A stretch of 64,000 nucleotides of DNA. Origin: a virus. Taxonomy: Duplodnaviria > Caudoviricetes. Made by a program: the position numbers and the translations under genes. The stretch lies in IMG/VR virus record IMGVR_UViG_3300037067_004901, positions 1 to 64,000 of that record, one strand, 5' to 3'. This document shows, one piece after another, positions 61,350-64,000 of this stretch. Below the pieces are notes generated by a model that was not told the DNA's origin, made no database searches, and worked only from the letters and a program-made list of their open reading frames with translations. The stretch's first letter is position 1. Every line of letters begins with the position of its first letter.

Positions 61350-61936
61350 TGAATTATAATGAATTAGTAAAAGAAGCACTAGAAAAGTATAGTGTGAATG
61401 GTTTGGGTGGTTGGATGTCTGTTATAGATAGAGATTGGATATCACAATTTTTAACTACTAAATTTGATAGAAATGTTACAATAGAGATAGCTGAAGTAGG
61501 TGTATTTCAGGGTGGTTCGTCATTAATTTATTTAGTTGCGCTTCCTAATTGTAAATTTCACGCAATAGACAATTGGCTTGGTGGACCAGCTTCACCTGGT
61601 TTTGAAACAATTAAAGAAGGATTTATTTATTTTACAAAACAATTTGAAGATAGAATAGTAATGCATAGTGGTGATTCTACAGAAATTGGAAAACAATGGA
61701 ATATAGAATTAGACTTATGTATGGTAGATGCAAATCATGATTTACATTTTCCAAGAGAAGATATATTCTATTATAGTAAATGGATTAAGAAAAATGGTTA
61801 TTTGTTAATTGATGATTATGATATGCCAAACGTAAAACAAGCTGTAGACTTTATGATACTTAATCATCCTAATTGGAAATTTATACATAATACTGTGCCA
61901 GATGGTGGCAAAGTAATAACATTTCAGAGGATGTAA
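61349..61936 (+). CDS. class I SAM methyltransferase (Methyltransf_24-like)
   Basis: EVGVFQGGS, GDS, VDANH, IDDY. Confidence 0.85.
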   Translation: MNYNELVKEALEKYSVNGLGGWMSVIDRDWISQFLTTKFDRNVTIEIAEVGVFQGGSSLIYLVALPNCKFHAIDNWLGGPASPGFETIKEGFIYFTKQFEDRIVMHSGDSTEIGKQWNIELDLCMVDANHDLHFPREDIFYYSKWIKKNGYLLIDDYDMPNVKQAVDFMILNHPNWKFIHNTVPDGGKVITFQRM

Positions 61937-62553
61937 TGTTAAATATAAAACAACAATTTTTAAATAAATGGCATAAATATCTAGAATCAGAAAAATGGAA
62001 TAAACATGGTGGAGATGGATTCAAAACATGGGGTCATGGAAATTTTCCATTTGTTGCATCATTAGTTCCAGATAGTGCAAAAAAAGTTTTAGAAATAGGT
62101 TGCGCAGATGGATATTTATCACATCTTTTAATACAAAAAGGACATGATGTTATAGGTTTAACATATGCAGAAAATGAACAACGTAATTGTATAAAAAATG
62201 GTGTTAATGCTATATTATCAGATATGCATGACTTACCATTTTTAGATGATACATTTGATGCTATTGTATCAAGACAAACATTAGAACATGCTTTATCTCC
62301 ATTAGTAGTTTTATTTGAATGTAATAGAGTATTAAAACATAATGGTTATTTAATAATACATATTCCATATAGTTTAGACGGGACAGATTATTCATTAGAT
62401 TATCATCACTCTCCCTTCACACCAATACAATGGAGATTTTATTTATATAAATCTGGTTTTAGAGAAATACTTAAAGAAGATAGAGATATAGAACAAAACT
62501 CATATTACTTTATAGTAAGAAAAACAGAAGTATTGACTTGGGAGATTTCGTAG
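61936..62553 (+). CDS. class I SAM methyltransferase (Methyltransf_11-like)
   Basis: VLEIGCADG, DMHDLPF.DDTFD, LEH, RVLK.NG. Confidence 0.88.
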   Translation: MLNIKQQFLNKWHKYLESEKWNKHGGDGFKTWGHGNFPFVASLVPDSAKKVLEIGCADGYLSHLLIQKGHDVIGLTYAENEQRNCIKNGVNAILSDMHDLPFLDDTFDAIVSRQTLEHALSPLVVLFECNRVLKHNGYLIIHIPYSLDGTDYSLDYHHSPFTPIQWRFYLYKSGFREILKEDRDIEQNSYYFIVRKTEVLTWEIS

Positions 62554-63143
62554 TGAACATTGATGAAATATTAAGAACAGTTGATAAAATACCTGGTACT
62601 GGTGGCAGAATGGATTATGCTATGAATTTACATAAAATTGCAATGAAATTACCGGATAATGCGATTATTGTAGAGATTGGAACTCAAAATGGTGGTTCAG
62701 CCGCAACATTTGCATTAACGTTAAAAGAACGTGGTGTTAAAATATATTGCATAGACCCTTGTTTTATCAAAGAAGAAGATAGACCAGCATCATATAGTCA
62801 ATATGCTATTGGGGCATACACTATGAAAGGTATTGTAGAAAAATTTACTGAATTGAATATTTTAAATAACTTTATATTTTTAGCTGGTACAAGTCAAGAG
62901 GTGTTACCTAGATATAATGGTGAAAAATTTGACATGTTATATATTGATGGGTCTCATACATATGAAGAAGTAAAAATTGATATATCTTGGTTAAAACATG
63001 CAAAAGATAAATGTATATTAATGCTTGATGATTGGATAAAACCCGTTGAACAAGCTTGTAATGAAGAAATAATAAAATTTAAAAACTTTACACAACGTAC
63101 AGATAATAATTTTTGGCCTATGTATTTTACTAGAGGATATTAA
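62538..63143 (+). CDS. class I SAM methyltransferase (Methyltransf_24-like)
   Basis: VEIGTQNGGS, IDP, YIDGSHTYE, LDDW. Confidence 0.85.
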   Translation: MGDFVVNIDEILRTVDKIPGTGGRMDYAMNLHKIAMKLPDNAIIVEIGTQNGGSAATFALTLKERGVKIYCIDPCFIKEEDRPASYSQYAIGAYTMKGIVEKFTELNILNNFIFLAGTSQEVLPRYNGEKFDMLYIDGSHTYEEVKIDISWLKHAKDKCILMLDDWIKPVEQACNEEIIKFKNFTQRTDNNFWPMYFTRGY

Positions 63144-64000
63144 TGAAAATTTTTATACCATATAGACCATCTCGCGGTGGTTTAGATAGTATTGGAAATA
63201 ATCCAATGCAACTAGATGATTATTCTTTTCAAGCAGATAATAATAACAATAGAAGACATCCTGATGATGATATACATAGATGTTTAAAATCTATAGCTAA
63301 AAATTCAAGATATAGACACGAAGCAGTGGTTTGCATTGATGAAGATTTACAAATATGCGATGATTGGCTTAAACATTTAAATATACAAGATAGACTTGAT
63401 ATTACTATCTTTCGATGTAAAAATAAAGGCATAACAGATGCACATAATAGATTACCAGAATCTTTAAAACAAGCAATATTATCGCTAGCTACAGATAAAG
63501 ATATTATTGCATATGATTTAATAGCAGATGCTATAGTTTGTAAAAACTGGGATGTACAGATTATAAATTGTGTGAAAGAATTTGGAGAAAAATATTATTA
63601 TGCATCAATGTTTGTTGAACCAAGAACAGAGCAATCTAGAGCATTAGTAAGTGATATATCAAGACAAGATGTAATTGAGGATATAAAGAAATGTTCTCCA
63701 CAAACTGTAAATAATATATGGAATTTATGGAGAAAATCTATTTGTTGTCATTCATTAACAATGATACCAAAATTAGATAGAAATTATGCTATTGAATCTG
63801 ATTTCGATGAATATATATCTATAGCAAACCAATTTGATAAAGAATATATAATAGAAAATGCAGGAGAAAGAACTTATGGATATTGGGCTCCATTAATATC
63901 TACGGGTAGAATATTCAAAGAATTATTACAAAAAATGGTGTGTATCTCTGGTTCTGATTTATGGTTAGATAATAATTTCCCAATGCAAAAAATGGTATTA
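63143..64000 (+). CDS. partial ORF, possible GT-A glycosyltransferase
   Basis: MKIFIPYR...RCLKSIAKNSRYRHEAVVCIDED; appears open to the window end; coupled by TAATG overlap. Confidence 0.55.
   Translation, partial: MKIFIPYRPSRGGLDSIGNNPMQLDDYSFQADNNNNRRHPDDDIHRCLKSIAKNSRYRHEAVVCIDEDLQICDDWLKHLNIQDRLDITIFRCKNKGITDAHNRLPESLKQAILSLATDKDIIAYDLIADAIVCKNWDVQIINCVKEFGEKYYYASMFVEPRTEQSRALVSDISRQDVIEDIKKCSPQTVNNIWNLWRKSICCHSLTMIPKLDRNYAIESDFDEYISIANQFDKEYIIENAGERTYGYWAPLISTGRIFKELLQKMVCISGSDLWLDNNFPMQKMVL

Overview
A 64-kb segment of a large, AT-rich (about 30% GC by eye) tailed-phage genome in the standard genetic code. A terminase large subunit at 57.8-59.5 kb and dense short hypothetical ORFs support this. 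Genes run leftward over 1-42 kb and rightward over 43.6-64 kb. Between them lies a repeat-rich non-coding switch region, and about a dozen near-identical sigma70 promoters drive transcription. Recognisable cargo: 16 complete tRNAs plus one partial, a (p)ppGpp-hydrolase-like HD protein, GIY-YIG endonuclease, radical SAM enzyme, NadE/PncA/PncB-like NAD salvage enzymes, RuvB, a catalytically dead XerC/D-like protein, DNA methyltransferase, RtcB, two ubiquitin-like modules, peptide deformylase, SpoVG, DenV-like glycosylase, SprT, Hjc-like resolvase, GroEL, Ro60/TROVE and a glycosyl/methyl-transferase cluster. The most notable observations are: (1) a chain of translationally coupled micro-ORFs and a leader-peptide terminator/antiterminator in front of the tRNA array, which looks like a translation-sensing attenuator; (2) four tandem proteins sharing only an N-terminal MKxRxGFVSNSSxxS[FY] motif, next to a SPASM-type radical SAM enzyme; (3) four Y-RNA-like units with a shared scaffold and different cargo upstream of Ro60, one carrying a ~270-nt structured insert; (4) phage-encoded Ubl/E1/E2/JAB sets; (5) a deamidating NAD salvage route; (6) several atypical tRNAs and tRNA-like ncRNAs. 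All calls come from reading motifs by eye; no database searches were run.
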